A DNA stretch of 64,000 bases from Octopus bimaculoides (taxonomy: Eukaryota): the NCBI RefSeq assembly GCF_001194135.2, contig NC_068984.1:86881207-86945206 (forward strand). Direction: 5' to 3'. Shown here in pieces: positions 26,990 to 40,700 of this stretch. Position numbers and translations under genes: made by a program. The notes under the pieces are model-generated. The model did not search any database. It was given only the letters and a program-made list of their open reading frames with translations, and was not told the DNA's origin. Numbering within the stretch: position 1 is the first letter of the stretch; every line of letters starts with the position of its first letter.

Positions 26990-29936
26990 TTAACATATAC
27001 AAATTCAAACTGCATATTAAATACTTTGTCATTGAGGCTTGGAAAATCTATAGTCAGTAGACATTGTTTTTCCTTACACAAAATTATAAACAAATAAGCA
27101 ATTTATGAATTTTAAATAATTTTTTTTTATTAGACTGGTGAATGCTACAATTAGTAGAGTGCCAGAAAATATGCTTTAAAATATTTTGTTATATCCCTTT
27201 ATGTTCCTTGTTCAAATCCTGTTGTGGTCAGCTGTCCTTTCCATTGTTCCTTGTTTTATAAACAAGCCCAGTAAAAAAATACCGAAGTTGTTATAAGTCC
27301 AATTGCATATGAAAATATTTGACCATGAGCTTATGTTATGAATCATTCTTATCTTTCTGTTTAGTGTTTTCTCCTTCAGTATTAAACCCAACTTCATTTA
27401 CCCCAGGTTCATGGAGTAAGTTTTTATGTGTAATTGTGCTCTGTGTATAGAAAGGGCTCTAATTACTATATTTACTGTTTCAAATAATACTATTTTATAT
27501 AGGGTGTGTAGATGGGTGTTGCCTGGAATTTTGTCTTTTTTTTTTTACAGTTATTTTAACTAGTTCTAATACATCAAGTTTCTACATTCATTTCCCACAT
27601 ACATTTTATTTTACTTCTATTTCTTAATATTTTGATACTTTCTCAACTTCCTCAATAGATATTCTTTTATAACTCTATTGTAATGGTTTCTAACATAGGA
27701 AGAAATTTAGTGGGGTAATCTATTAAACTGCCTTAAGGAGTTGACTGTACTGCATTTTATCAACCCCAAAGAAAAGAAAAGGTGTGACCTCAGCAGAATT
27801 TCAATTTGGAACAGAGAGACCTGGAAGAAATACTTAGAAGACATTTTGTCTGGTACACTAATGATTCTGCCAATCTATCATCCTAATAGTAATAACACAA
27901 TAATAATATTTGGTCAATTTTGTTTGAGTCTCTAACCAGAAATGTCTCAGAGTACTGTGACTTAGTTGTTATGTGGTCCATGGCCAGTCCTGATTCATCA
28001 TCATCATATGTCTGTTTTCCATGCTGGCATGGGTTGGACAGTTTGGTAGGAACTGGCCAGCAGGGGAGCTATCCAGACTCCAATTGTCTGTTGTGGTATG
28101 GTTTCTATGGTAGGGTGCCCTTTCTAATGCCAACCACTTTACAGAATGTGCTGGGTGCTTTTTACATGCCACTGGTATGGGTGCGTTTAAGCAGCACCGG
28201 CACAAGTGCATTTAATGTGGCACCAGCACTTGTAAGGAACAAGCCTGTATGTATGGATGACAGTGGTTAATGATTCCATCCATAATAATCTCATCTTTTA
28301 TAGTTTTTCAGATGTAGTAAATCTAGGGCTACAATATTCCATGTTGCCTTCCCCAACTTTTTTTTTTTTTTCGTTTTAAATGTGATGAGGAAGCGTTGGC
28401 TGCTATTTCTATCAGATACTGCATAAATGTTCACTCAGTAGCTTTCAGTAATTTTTATTTTTTCTAGACAGGTTTATATTATTTGTTGTGTGTTCCAGTT
28501 TAGTAGTGTGTACATTAAATAACTAGTTAATAGATCTGCTCAGTTATTATTTTTTGTTTAGCTTCTTACTTAGAGGAAGATTGGGCAGTTTGAAATAATG
28601 TAGCCAGTTGTTTTCTCAAATTTAGTACATGATCTGTATTTACTATCCTGCCTTTGAATCATTACATTTTTTAGGTATTTTCTGTGGGTGAGCTCTAGTA
28701 GGTCAGCTATTCTGAGGTTCCCCCACTCCATCCTGTACTGCTAGAACTTCAAGTCTTTGTTTCATGCAGTGTTTTATCTTTTTACTTTTCCAGCTAGAAT
28801 ATTCTTACAGCTTCTTTTCTCTTTTCTGTCTATCTTCCCCTCCTCTCTTTTTTTTTTTTATTTTCTTAAATGTTAATGCTGAAATAATGAACCTGATGGT
28901 AAAAAAACTCCAAGAAACTGGAATTTTTGCTGTACATTTTTTACCTACTTGCATAACTACTTTGTGGAGTTTAAATTGATTACGAGTGAGCAGTTTAACA
29001 TCTTATCTTCACTGCCATTCTGTGATATTATTAATAGTTTTAAATGCTGTTAATTTTTCATTTACATTTTTATGTGATTAGGTTTTGTGTACTCTACTGT
29101 AGTCATTGTGTGCCCATTTAGTATTTTATTGATAGTATTTATCTAAATGTGTATGTTCTAGAAACACTTTTTTTTTTTCTTTTTTTTTCCAAAATCTACA
29201 TATGATAACATACTTTCTAGGAATTGAATTTTGAGTTCTTATTTTATTGATCTTAGAGATTTTAAGTTCATGTATTCAGTTTAGGGATTCTATATTTTAT
29301 TTCCTTTTAGGTGTTTTTCTTTTCTTTTTTCATATATGACTAGTCTATCAACCTATGTTTAGACAAAACATATAAATTGGTGTATAAGACCTAATATTTC
29401 TGCCTGTATATTTAAATATTTCTGAGAACAGTATTATTATTTTCTACTACATTCACTGCTTACTCAACTTCTCATCAGTTGAACTATGTGTATGCTTTCC
29501 AGTGGTGATAGTTATTAATTATTTCATGTCTATAAATATATCCTGATCCAACCAGAATCTAGCATCCAACTACAAAATAGCTGTTATAGCATTTGTCTAA
29601 TATCTTAAAATTTATTGTATTTCTCCCTGTTATCTATTGTTAACATTTGTGTTTTCTGGTAGATCTGTAATTGGTGGCTTTATTTCTTCAATATTTTTTG
29701 TTGGTGATTTCTTATTTATAATGAAATTTCTTGTTTTTTTTTTTTAAGTAGATGGCTAAGCCAGCACTATAGGTTATATATAATATTTCTCACTCTGTCA
29801 GTGCTCAGTTTCTGTCTCAATACATGAATGTATTGTTACGCATCAACTTTTTGGAAATAATCTAGATTCTATTTATTGTTTTTGTGTTCATCTCTTTGAT
29901 TCCATGCAAGACTCCAATGTATTTATATTGATTGCA

Positions 29937-30918
29937 ACTTGATAGGTTGTTCTTGAGATTTTTCTCTGCATAGACTGTTTTGAGTCTCTCTTCTGTACAA
30001 TAAGAATGACATTGTACCCAATGAGGAGAGAGCTAAACAAGGCAATTGTGATGAAACTTATCTTTGAAATATCTATGTGGGGCTCTGGTGTGCAGTTTTT
30101 GTTCCTCATTTAGACATGTTAGCATTCTAGTGATTGCTTCCTTCACATATTTTGAAAGTGATTTGATCCTTATAATTCTGATATACTGACTGCATTGGTT
30201 TCAGATCATCTCATCATATCTGTTATACTAATTTCCTTTCAACTAATATAATTCCCTTGAAGTATATTCATTTCTTTCTTTCTTTCGTTCTTTCTACTTT
30301 TTTATTTTTATTTTTACTGTCAGAAAGCTATTTTCTAGGTTTTAGAACTGAACAGCTCTCACATGAACATCAATGAAATATTTGCTCTAATACCTGGCCT
30401 TAGAATGACTGGTATTATTTTTACTCTTTATCAGCTGCTAAGAAGCACCTTGTTATGAATCAAAACTTATAATTCACCCCTTTTTTTTACCTTAGAATAA
30501 CCTGTAATCAGATTGCTTGAGATGACCTCTGAATCAGACACATTGGATCATAAGCTTAGTATAATGATTAACATGCTTAAAAAACAATCAATGCTAAGAG
30601 CCAAGAATTTATCAATGACATGGAGGTATTGTCATGAAAGTTGTAGTGCAGGTGGTCTTTGAGTTACTCTTGTGGATGACTGGGATACTGATTGAGACTT
30701 GATAGGTTGTTCTTGAGATTTTTGTCTGCGTAGACTGTTTTGAGTCTGTCTCTTCTGTACAGTAAGAATGACATTATACCCAATGAGGAGAAAGCTAAAC
30801 AAGGCAATTGTGATGAAACTTATTATCTTTGAAATATTGCATTTTGAATTATCTATTTGGGGCTCTGGTGTGCAGTTTTTGTTCCTCATTTAGACATGTT
30901 AGCATTCCAGTGAGTGCT
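29937..30918 (+). repeat. Diverged direct duplication: 29937-30138 and 30697-30918
   Basis: About 200-220 bp units, collinear, with small indels; produces the twin MRNKNCTPEP ORFs on the minus strand. Confidence 0.9.
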
Positions 30919-32548
30919 TTATTGAAAAATCTGTGAAAAACATGACATCAGATTTAATTAATCTTTGTACTCAAAGTTTTCTACTATGACTTACTATTAT
31001 TACCAGAGTTCTGATGGATGAGCCATGCTTATTGCTAAAAGCACACCTTTCTGCATGCAGCTCTTCAGTTTGACCAAATTAAGTCTGAGATGTAAAGAGA
31101 ATGGGAAGCTATCTTTCACATACTCCTATTTTTTCAGCAGAAGTCCACAAGAGATTTGTTCCTTGCCTGTGGACTTTCATTGAACAACTGTTGCTGTAGG
31201 ACTCTTTTGGTCATTAAGACCCTCATAAAAATTAACTTGTCTTTTTCCAGCAAGTAAGATTAGTGAATTTTCTCAAAGACAAGGTATGGTGATGAAGGTC
31301 GCTCATATATCAATTGAAGTACAAAATAAGTGCAAAGCAGGTCCTACCTTCAAGTAATTTTATGAAAAGATAAGATTGACATATTTAACCTAGATAAATG
31401 GTTTAACTTCATTTTAGCTGACTTATTTAAAGTTATACATGTATCACTGTCATCATTTAAAATCCATATTAGTGACAGAGGCAGTATTAATACTGAGAGG
31501 TAATATTTATCCCCACTTAAATGTAGATGCTCTGTTACAACAAACTTATACTATGAGAGAAACACTCATATTTGCTTTTGGTGCAAAATGCACTATTGTT
31601 TATATCACTGGTAAGGAGATAAGAATATAAACAAGACATAAAGGAGGGCATTTTGCAGCATGGGCCATTGTGAGAGTTTCTCGTGTGGTATCTACCACAG
31701 TATAGTTTGTTCCAACAGAACATCTAATTTTAAGTAGGAATAAATATTACCTCATTTAAAATCCATACTGGCATTTTGTTTGGATAGTCTGACAGGATCT
31801 TATGGAGGTGGGGGAGGACTGCAATATCTACTTTGGCATGATTTCTGCAGCTGGATGCTCTTCCTAATACCAACCACATTACAGCATGTTCTGGATGTTT
31901 TTTTATTTCCATGCCATCAGCATTGTTGAGGTTGCTATGCAGCTCAGAAGACTACAAACCCAGTAGAGGTGAGGGATGTGGTGAGGGATGCTAGGAGATT
32001 GTGGAGGTTAAAGTATGAGAGAAAGGAGTGGGACAGAGCAGATTTTTGTAGAAGGACTGCATAGTTACTCACATTTAGTAGGGGAGAGAGAGAGAGAATT
32101 ATCAGTAGGAGCAGGAAAGAGATAATGAATATATTATCATCATTATTTAGCATCTGCTTTCCATGCTGACATAGATTAGGTGGTTTGACTGAAATTATTA
32201 AGCTGGAGAGCTGCACAAAGTTTCAGTGTGATTCGGCATGGTTTCTTTGGCTGGATGCTCTTCCTAATGCCAACCACTCCAAGAGTGTAATGGGTGCTTT
32301 TTACATACCACCAGCACAAGTATCAGTTATGTGACACCAGCATCAGCTGTGACTACGATTTCATTTGGCTTGATGAGTCTTCTCAAGCACGACGTATTTA
32401 TATATAAAACAAACCATTGTTACACTTACATATTAAGTAATTTGCTATAGTTACATATTTAAATTGTATTATATTGTCCCCATGTTTTGATGTGTTGTAT
32501 GACTTTTGTAACAAATATCTAGTATTACCATTACTTTCTTTTTTTCAG

Positions 32549-32666
32549 TCAAACACCTTATGCTAATGGTCCTAATGATACTCCTAGTGATATTTTAGCC
32601 AGAATTGGTGGTGGAAAAATTAAATTAACAGAAGGCAACTGGGATTGTGTCTCAGATGCTGCTAAA
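32549..32666 (+). CDS. RPS6KA: p90 RSK exon: QTPYANGPNDTPSDILARIGGGKIKLTEGNWDCVSDAAK
   Basis: Poly-T cag acceptor, gtaagt donor at 32667; 118 nt, phase 2 to 0. Confidence 0.96.
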
Positions 32667-33025
32667 GTAAGTCCTTTGTTATTTCTTAATAATATCATTA
32701 TTGTTTTATGTCACAATTATCTTTAAATTTTTTTGGAACCCACATGTATATCCCATCATCTTCATCATCATTATCATATTAAGGCAGCGAGCTGGGAGAA
32801 TCATTAGCATGCCAGGTGAAATGCTGAGTAGTATTTTGCCCTTCGCTATGTTCTGAGTTCAAATTCAGTTGAGATTGGCTTTGCCCTTCATCCTTTCAGA
32901 GTTGATAAAATAAGTACCAGTTGAACACTGGTGTTGATATCATCCAGGCCTTGTGCCTATAGTAGAAAGGATTATTAATATTATTATCATCAAATGTTCC
33001 AAGGCTTGGAGGAGAGGCCTTTCAC

Positions 33026-33265
33026 ATAGCTATGGGTTTGCTATTATCACCAATAATAGCCAATATATACATGGAATACTTTGAGAATTTGGCTTTAGGA
33101 TCAACACCACTAAAACCAACCCTATGACTGTGATATGTTGATGACACCTTTATAATCTGGCCCCACCTGGAAGATGTCCAAGTGCTGTTAGATCAAGTGA
33201 ACTCAATAAAGCTATCCATACAGTTCACAATGGAAAAGGAAAAAGACAATCAGCTAGCATTCCTG
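33026..33265 (+). mobile_element. Penelope-like element reverse transcriptase fragment (pseudogenised)
   Basis: 80 codons in one frame: IAMGLLLSPIIANIYMEYFE...KPTL*L*YVDDTFIIWPH...IQFTMEKEKDNQLAFL; the two TGA stops sit at W and R of the W-x-RYVDD motif. Confidence 0.85.
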
Positions 33266-33580
33266 TTCTGGCATGGTTTCTAATTCTGACCACTCCACAG
33301 AGTGTACTGGTTCCTTTTATGCGACACCAGCACTGGTATCAATTCTGCTGTGGTAGACAAATCCTTCACTGGAAAGGGTATTTTTTTTTTTGTTTTTAAG
33401 GCTTCTTCAATAAATTTAGTGTTGTTTTCTTCTTGTACTTGACAATATAAAAATTATTAATTATTCAATATAATGTCTCCTTTTCCCTTTCTTTGTTCTC
33501 AGTTTTTATATCCTCATTCAATTACCTTAAATTATTTTTTAAATGTTTGATTTCATAAAACTTTAAAATTCGCATTATAG

Positions 33581-33721
33581 GATTTGGTTCAGAAAATGTT
33601 GCATGTAGATCCCCATAGTCGCCTGACTGCATCAGAAGTTTTAAAAAGCAAATGGATTCGAGACAGAGGATCATTACCTTCAAATATTAAATTAACTCTT
33701 CAAGATGCCAGTCTCGTCAAG
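33581..33721 (+). CDS. RPS6KA: p90 RSK exon: DLVQKMLHVDPHSRLTASEVLKSKWIRDRGSLPSNIKLTLQDASLVK
   Basis: tatag acceptor, gtatga donor at 33722; 141 nt, phase 0 to 0. Confidence 0.96.
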
Positions 33722-35580
33722 GTATGACATTAATTTTGACACATTCACTCCTCAGTTGAGCCTTGTTATGGGTTCTTTATTTTAATTTTTTTTTTTCTGT
33801 TAACAAGGCAGCCACTGGTTTCTTGTGGGAAACCTCTCGATTCTTTACACGATACACTTGAGAATGCTGGTAATCATCTCCATTTTGGATGAGAGTATAC
33901 ATACCTTCATGCATGCATACATACATACATACATACATGCATGGTCCCACTGCATGGCTCTTTGGGCAAGAGTTATTGACTATAGCTCTGATTCAACCAA
34001 TGCCTTATCAATGGAATTGGTAGGTAAACATTGCATGGAAGCCTCCCATGTGTGTGTTATATAAGTATATGTGTGTGTCAGTGTGTCTTCATAGATACAC
34101 ATTGACACACACACACACATAGATACCAGTGATATTTGTATTCTCTCATTTCTCCCATAAGCAATAAGTCTGCAGTTAAATGTATGAAGAGCAGTGGAAT
34201 AAAGTGTTGCACTTGAAAACAAGGGCTGGTAACAGGAAAGGGATTTGGCTGTAAAATACTGCATCAAGATGTCCAACATTGACAAAAAATAGACATAAAT
34301 ATGATGATGATGATATATGCTTAAAATGTTTGATGAAGAAATTTTGTAACTTGTAAGATATTGTACTGTTACTCATATAACACAAGAGAGGTCTATCAAT
34401 TTGAAGTTCTCATTTATTGATGTGACAGCTGAAAAATGATATCAATGATAAATATTTTTCTTGGTTTTGGAATTATAATATGGTTTATAATTATTTGGGC
34501 ACTTAAACAGTAATAATATTCCTTGATGATAATTAGTAGAGATGAAATTGATATTTGCAACATTTTTATATCATGAATAATGATAATAAGACAATTGAGG
34601 TTTTTCATCATCAGCATCATCATTTTATATCAGCTTTCCATGCTGGCATGGTTTAGCTGGGTTGTCACAGTCCAAAATTAGTTCTTATTCAAAGTTACTG
34701 CCCTCTAAGATGGGTCTAAGGACCATGTCTTGTTTATATGTCCCAATTTTCACATGATTTCTGCTGTCCTTCCTTACACAAGTCACTTTACTATGTCCTT
34801 GGTGTAATTTGTCATTGCACCAACACTAAAAGAGCTATGTCTCCTTAACACAACTAGGACTCTCTTCACCTTATAGAGTCTATGTTTATTCATGGCAGAA
34901 TGACCAAGAAGAGATGAACAGAAGAGAAAACACTGATACCAGGACCCAGGGGAATAGGCGAGAGGAGTGACAATATTATGAGAGAAATATAACGATTGAG
35001 GTGTGGAGGCAGTAGAGAATGAAGTGAAGAGTGACTGTGCTGGGGTAAGAGACAGCAAATGGCAACTAATGTCAGAGAGAGATCAGGTGAAAGCTGGCAG
35101 CACAGAAAGGGTAATAGAAGGAAACTTGGAAATGAACAGATCCATTGCTGTCCCTCATACACAAATGTCTTAATGGAAGAGATAAGGTGAACAGAGTAGT
35201 AGAATATTTGCAGATTCAATACTATCTCTTATTTTATGGTTGACGTGATACAAGTTAGAAAGAGGGTGAATGTCAGAGAGACAAGAGGGTTGGACAAGTT
35301 AGTGAGCAATGGGGAGATGAGTTGTAAAGATAGTGTTGGGGATAGAGATGAAAGGACATCAAATAGGCGATGGGGTCAACTTATCAGGGGCATATTAGGT
35401 AAGAAGTCCAAATGTAGGTGTGTGTGTGTGTACATATCTATACATTCCAACTTCTATCTCTACCATTATTTCACCATGTTTGTGTTTTAATACCAAGAAT
35501 TGTATTTGCATTATTTTTGACTAAGCTGATTATAAAGAAGTACTATTCACTGCTAATACTTTTCAAAATTTATTTTACAG

Positions 35581-35706
35581 GGTGCTATGGTAGCTACTTA
35601 CAAGGCTCTTACCTCTCAACCAAAGACCACACTTGAGCCTGTTGGGGCTTCATCTTTGGCACAACGTCGAGGTAAAAATCGACCAAAGACATCAACTGCC
35701 GTATAA
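35581..35706 (+). CDS. RPS6KA: p90 RSK terminal coding exon: GAMVATYKALTSQPKTTLEPVGASSLAQRRGKNRPKTSTAV*
   Basis: ttacag acceptor; GAMxATY autoinhibitory helix, LAQRR ERK-docking motif, class I PDZ ligand STAV, TAA at 35704-35706. Confidence 0.96.
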   Translation, partial: GAMVATYKALTSQPKTTLEPVGASSLAQRRGKNRPKTSTAV

Positions 35707-36089
35707 CCAAATGACATAATCTTAAATTCTCATCTTTTCCAACTACATTTATTGTTAAAAACAAAGTAAGCTTATATTTAAGCTCCGTGAAATGAGTATA
35801 ACTTTCTCATCTTGTTAATATCAAGCACCATGCTACAGGACATCTAGTGTGACTACAGATTTGAGGTTTTATCCTTAACCAAATCTTTAGTCTGTAGTTA
35901 CATTTCTCTATTAATGTCATGGCGCTTTTATACATGGTGCTGTGTTATCTAAGTTAAACCAATTTAAATGAATTTTTATTCATTTCAGATACGCCTGATC
36001 TGTTACGTTTAATTCTGTCAAGAGAAAGATCTGAGGGTTAGTTTAGTAATATATATCCGTGTGCACAATATAACAGTTGTATCACACAC

Positions 36090-36095
36090 AATAAA
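36090..36095 (+). promoter_or_regulatory. Candidate polyadenylation signal for RSK (AATAAA)
   Basis: AATAAA about 385 nt after the stop codon; the hexamer is common in AT-rich DNA, so support is weak. Confidence 0.3.
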
Positions 36096-37434
36096 AGAAA
36101 ATTCTGCTCTCATAATCTCCAAATGATTCAATAGACCAACATGAATTATTATTGGCTGTTATTATTTATAATGTAAAAATTCCTAGATTATGCTTGAATG
36201 CTCCAATTTTCAAAACCAACTTCGTTATAAGAACTGAAAGATCTATTTTAAAAATTCATAAACATGTGAATCAAAGATTTTAATTTGTATTTATATTGGT
36301 TAAAAATTGCACTCCAACGTTTTTGTGAAAAAAAAAGAGAGAAAAAAATGGATGCTAAGCTGCTGATGATGATGATATTGTCATTTTTAACACAAAATTA
36401 TATTGTTAGCCAGTCTATTTGCTTGCATTTCTGTTTTAATTTCTTTATTAAATTCAGAAAGTGTGTAAAGAATGTTGTTTCAGAAACCATAATCTATTCT
36501 ACAGGCCACTTCTTTCTTCAGTAGAGAATATTGATTTGATGCTGCTCCCTATTTTTAATTTAAATGATTTAAATCAGCTTTTTTGGCTTGATTTCTTTTA
36601 TTTAATTTTTAGATACATTATTCTGCATTGAATAATTTTGAAATAGCCCTTATTTTGGGCATCTTAAATCATATTGTGATGTACAGTTCTTACAGCATAT
36701 TAAGAATACAGAAAGCTATTTATAATCACTTTTGTATTTGTTTTGCAGGATTCTTGACATGAAATCATCTGTTGAAATTGGTATTGTTGTATTTTGAGAG
36801 GGTCATAGTGCCAATATACCACACACACTAACTGTAGTACACTTCAAGTTTTATTATCAATTATTTAGATAGTTAGTCAATTAATTAATCAATTAATGAA
36901 GTAACTTATCTAATTAATTGATAATAAAACTTAACTAAGCTACAACCAACACGTGTGTGTTCCCTAAATACAACAATATTTATAATCAAGGTTACCCAAA
37001 TATTTTCTTTAAAGCAAATTTAATACCATGATCTGATCTATTTATTTGACTGTACACAAAGCCAAAAATAAGGAATATAGTTTGTTGAATTGATACCAAT
37101 ACCTTACTGATATTATTTTATTGATTAGGAAGAGTAGCACAGTTGATTCCTTTTCTTTTTTTATTTTTTGTTATTAGAAAACAGATGATAAACAGTGAAA
37201 AAAAAAAGGGAGAAAAAATATTTCACATGATGCCTGACTTTTTTTTTTTTAATTTAAATTTATTTCAAAATGAATCAGTAATATGTTTATAACAGTAAAC
37301 AGTGAACACTGAACAATGTTGAAATGAACTTTCTGGGTTTCCAAACTTAGTTAACTATGCAAGTTTAAGAAATATTTTTTTAATTGTAAATGTTAATGTG
37401 CTTCTGATAAAATACTGTAATTTAGTTGGTTATT

Positions 37435-37705
37435 NNNNNNNNNNNNNNNNNNNNNNNNNNNNNNNNNNNNNNNNNNNNNNNNNNNNNNNNNNNNNNNNNN
37501 NNNNNNNNNNNNNNNNNNNNNNNNNNNNNNNNNNNNNNNNNNNNNNNNNNNNNNNNNNNNNNNNNNNNNNNNNNNNNNNNNNNNNNNNNNNNNNNNNNNN
37601 NNNNNNNNNNNNNNNNNNNNNNNNNNNNNNNNNNNNNNNNNNNNNNNNNNNNNNNNNNNNNNNNNNNNNNNNNNNNNNNNNNNNNNNNNNNNNNNNNNNN
37701 NNNNN
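37435..37705. other. Assembly gap (271 N)
   Basis: N run. Confidence 1.
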
Positions 37706-40700
37706 TATATATGTATATATGTCTACCGTTTTTATATAAGATCATCAATATAATTATCACTCAGCTATTGGCAATTATGTTATATCAAATAATTCAAATA
37801 ATTTTCAAAAGTGAGTGATAATTATATTAATGATCATTTAGTTTTTTTCTTCGTAATATTGCTTTATATCAGTGAGTTATTTATTTTCTAACATTTACTT
37901 AGTTTATTTTTCCCTTCTGCAATGTGATTTAATATGAATTGGGTGTTCAGTAATTTCATTGCAAGATGTTACAATTGAATTTGGACCAATTCTGTTGTTG
38001 CCTATATATATATATATATATATATAGGAATATTTCTCGCTATAACTAGATCTTAATGATTAAAGAATATTTTGTTTTCAATCATATTTCATTTTAATTA
38101 TATTCTACAACATGATAATCAAAATATGTTTCAAATAAGAAACTGAACATCAAACTATTCAAAGTTTATTGTGCATTTACTGTTTTAGTCAGTTTTTTTT
38201 TTAAATTCTCACAACAGCTAAAGCAATCAGATGTAAAAATCATAGATTTCATTCAATTTTCATAAAGATCATTAAAATAAGATATAGTTATGATCAATCA
38301 ATTTATCATTTAAATAATAGTAATTTCTTTATACATATATTTTTTTTGTAAGCATTTATTTCTTGTTTTAAAACAGAAAACACAATTTATGATTATTCCC
38401 TTTACTAACCATGCATTGCTAAATTACCTATATAAATGCTTTAAGGATGATTTAAACTTAAAATAATTTATATTAAAACATCTCTTGGTGTCTAAAAAAA
38501 GAAAATAACTAAATATTTCACCTGAAATATCTTTTAATATGGTTCATGATTTCATTATTATATTTCATTGCTTTACAAAATCACTTTTCAATTCGCATCT
38601 CTTTTGAGCATTTTTTTCTGTCATTCTCTGCTACCCCTCCCCCTCCCCCTACTTATTTTCCTTTTCAAATTTCTATTTGCTTAAATAATTATCTCTCAAT
38701 GAAAATAAGCTTTTGATATTTAAAGTTTCCATTGTACCATTGCTGAGGAAAATTTTTAATTTCTTCTAATATTTAACACATTTTACTCTTTTAATTTTTT
38801 TCTTTCTCTATTGCTACTACATGTTCCATTTTTAACTTCATTACAGTTTGTTTTACTCAAAGTAAAATTAACTTATTTTTAAAATTAACATTTATTTTTT
38901 TATTTCATATTTAAAAAAGAAAAAGAATTAATAAAAAATATATAATTTTCTGAGAAAACTTGTTAAAATGTTTATATAGACTGACTTTGCAAAAAAAAAA
39001 TCATGTTAACTACAAGATCTTTTTTTTTTTTTTTCTACTATTTCTTGGACTTAACCCTGCTTTAAGGTGTTGTACTGAAGTTGTATACTTTATTTAAGGT
39101 AGGGGGGACATTTTTGTTTATCTTTATGTATGGAAGTATTTCTTTTCTATATCTATGTAAATTTTACTAACATATTTTGTAAATAGTTGTCATCATCTGG
39201 TTGTGCTTTTAGTCTCCCTCTTTTTTCATTGGTAGCCAATTCTAAATGTAATTCTTGCTCAGTTAAATTTTGGATATGTTTCAGGTTGTTTTCTATTAAA
39301 ATTCTATTTCTCATTATTTACTATGTTTCTTGTTTATCATTGAAATTGCCCCTTACAAAATATATAATTAGTGTTTCAGTGACATTAGTATTGTTTTTGT
39401 CTTCAGTTGTAGTTTCTGTATCCCAATTTTCTGTCCGTATCATAATTTTCTATACTGTCAACAATAATAGATGCTAGAATGGGAATATAGTATTTCACTG
39501 GATCATGATTATATATTTTTCTAGATTGCAAAAATATACAGTTTGAAATAATATTAATGAGATTGCACATAATTTAAATATTCATTAACTGTTTTCAACG
39601 ATTTACCAATTTTCTATCAAATTGGATTTTTGTTGAAGACATTTGTAACAGCTAACATCTGTGAAAAAAGTAAATTATATTTGAATCACCTGCTGAACCA
39701 AGTTTCCAGTTGCAACAATGGTCTTACACTGGAGCTGTAAGTTGATATTGCCTAATTTTGTTTGAAAGAAACATCTGGTGAATCAGTTGTCATCTTATGC
39801 CTCTAGAGAAACAGTGTCTTCAAACCAATTGATATTGAACAATCAGATTTGTTTACAATTGACAATCATTAATGCTACTGGATAAATCAACATAAATTTT
39901 TCACACTGTTATTTGAAATTAAATAACTTGAAACCATAAATAACTGTAACTAATTCTAGTTGTGCTCTTATGTACACATACACAACTTTAAATAAATATT
40001 GCCAAATATACATATACATTTAGACTTTATTTCATACCTCCACACACATCCACATGGACATGTATACTGCTCTTGCATAACCTACTCTTGCATAACCATA
40101 TCAAGGCAGCTATTCCTTCTCACTACAACAAACAAGCTGCATATCACATCTCAGCTGACTTGCAAAGCTTAAACTGCATATCTCTTCAAACTATACACCA
40201 ACTGAACTCTTAGATAATCTCCAGAGTATTGGGTGAGGGTTGGGATATGCATACACACATACTTAAATACATATATACTTGTATGCATGTACTGGGAAGA
40301 TTTGTGAATTTATATCAGTTTGTCCAGAAGTAATACTGTCAGGTAGAGCTTGTTAGACAAATCTGATTGTATTCAAGATCATTGATTTTAGACGTATTGT
40401 CCCTGGATTAGTAAGGTGACAACAGATATTCTTCAGAAGTTTGTTAAAAGAAATTTACTTCTCTAGATAATAAGGTAAATTTCCAGCTTTCTTATAAGAG
40501 GCTAACCACTATAGGTCTCAGCTGGGTCACAATAAGGTGTGAGTATCTGCTGCTATAGTTGATGCAAGCTATTGCAATGCTTTATTTTTTATTTGTGAAA
40601 GAAAGCAATAAGAAATGCATTCAGCTTATTCCCCGAATACATTCAGCCGATTAGTCCAGAAACAAATATTGTGGTTGGAGAGAATTCTTGTTTGCTCTTT

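Noticed and set aside
29888-30889. Twin minus-strand ORFs MRNKNCTPEP... as a small gene family
   Set aside because: Similarity is explained by the DNA duplication; indels change the reading and there is no known domain
39130-39450. Protein-like minus-strand frame (MRNRILIENNLKHIQNLTEQELHLEL...)
   Set aside because: Interrupted by stops, with no splice signals and no recognisable domain; may be TE debris
39690-39751. Possible 62-nt minus-strand micro-exon (GNINLQLQCKTIVATGNLVQQ) with AG/GT ends
   Set aside because: No recognisable homology, no partner exons and a weak pyrimidine tract
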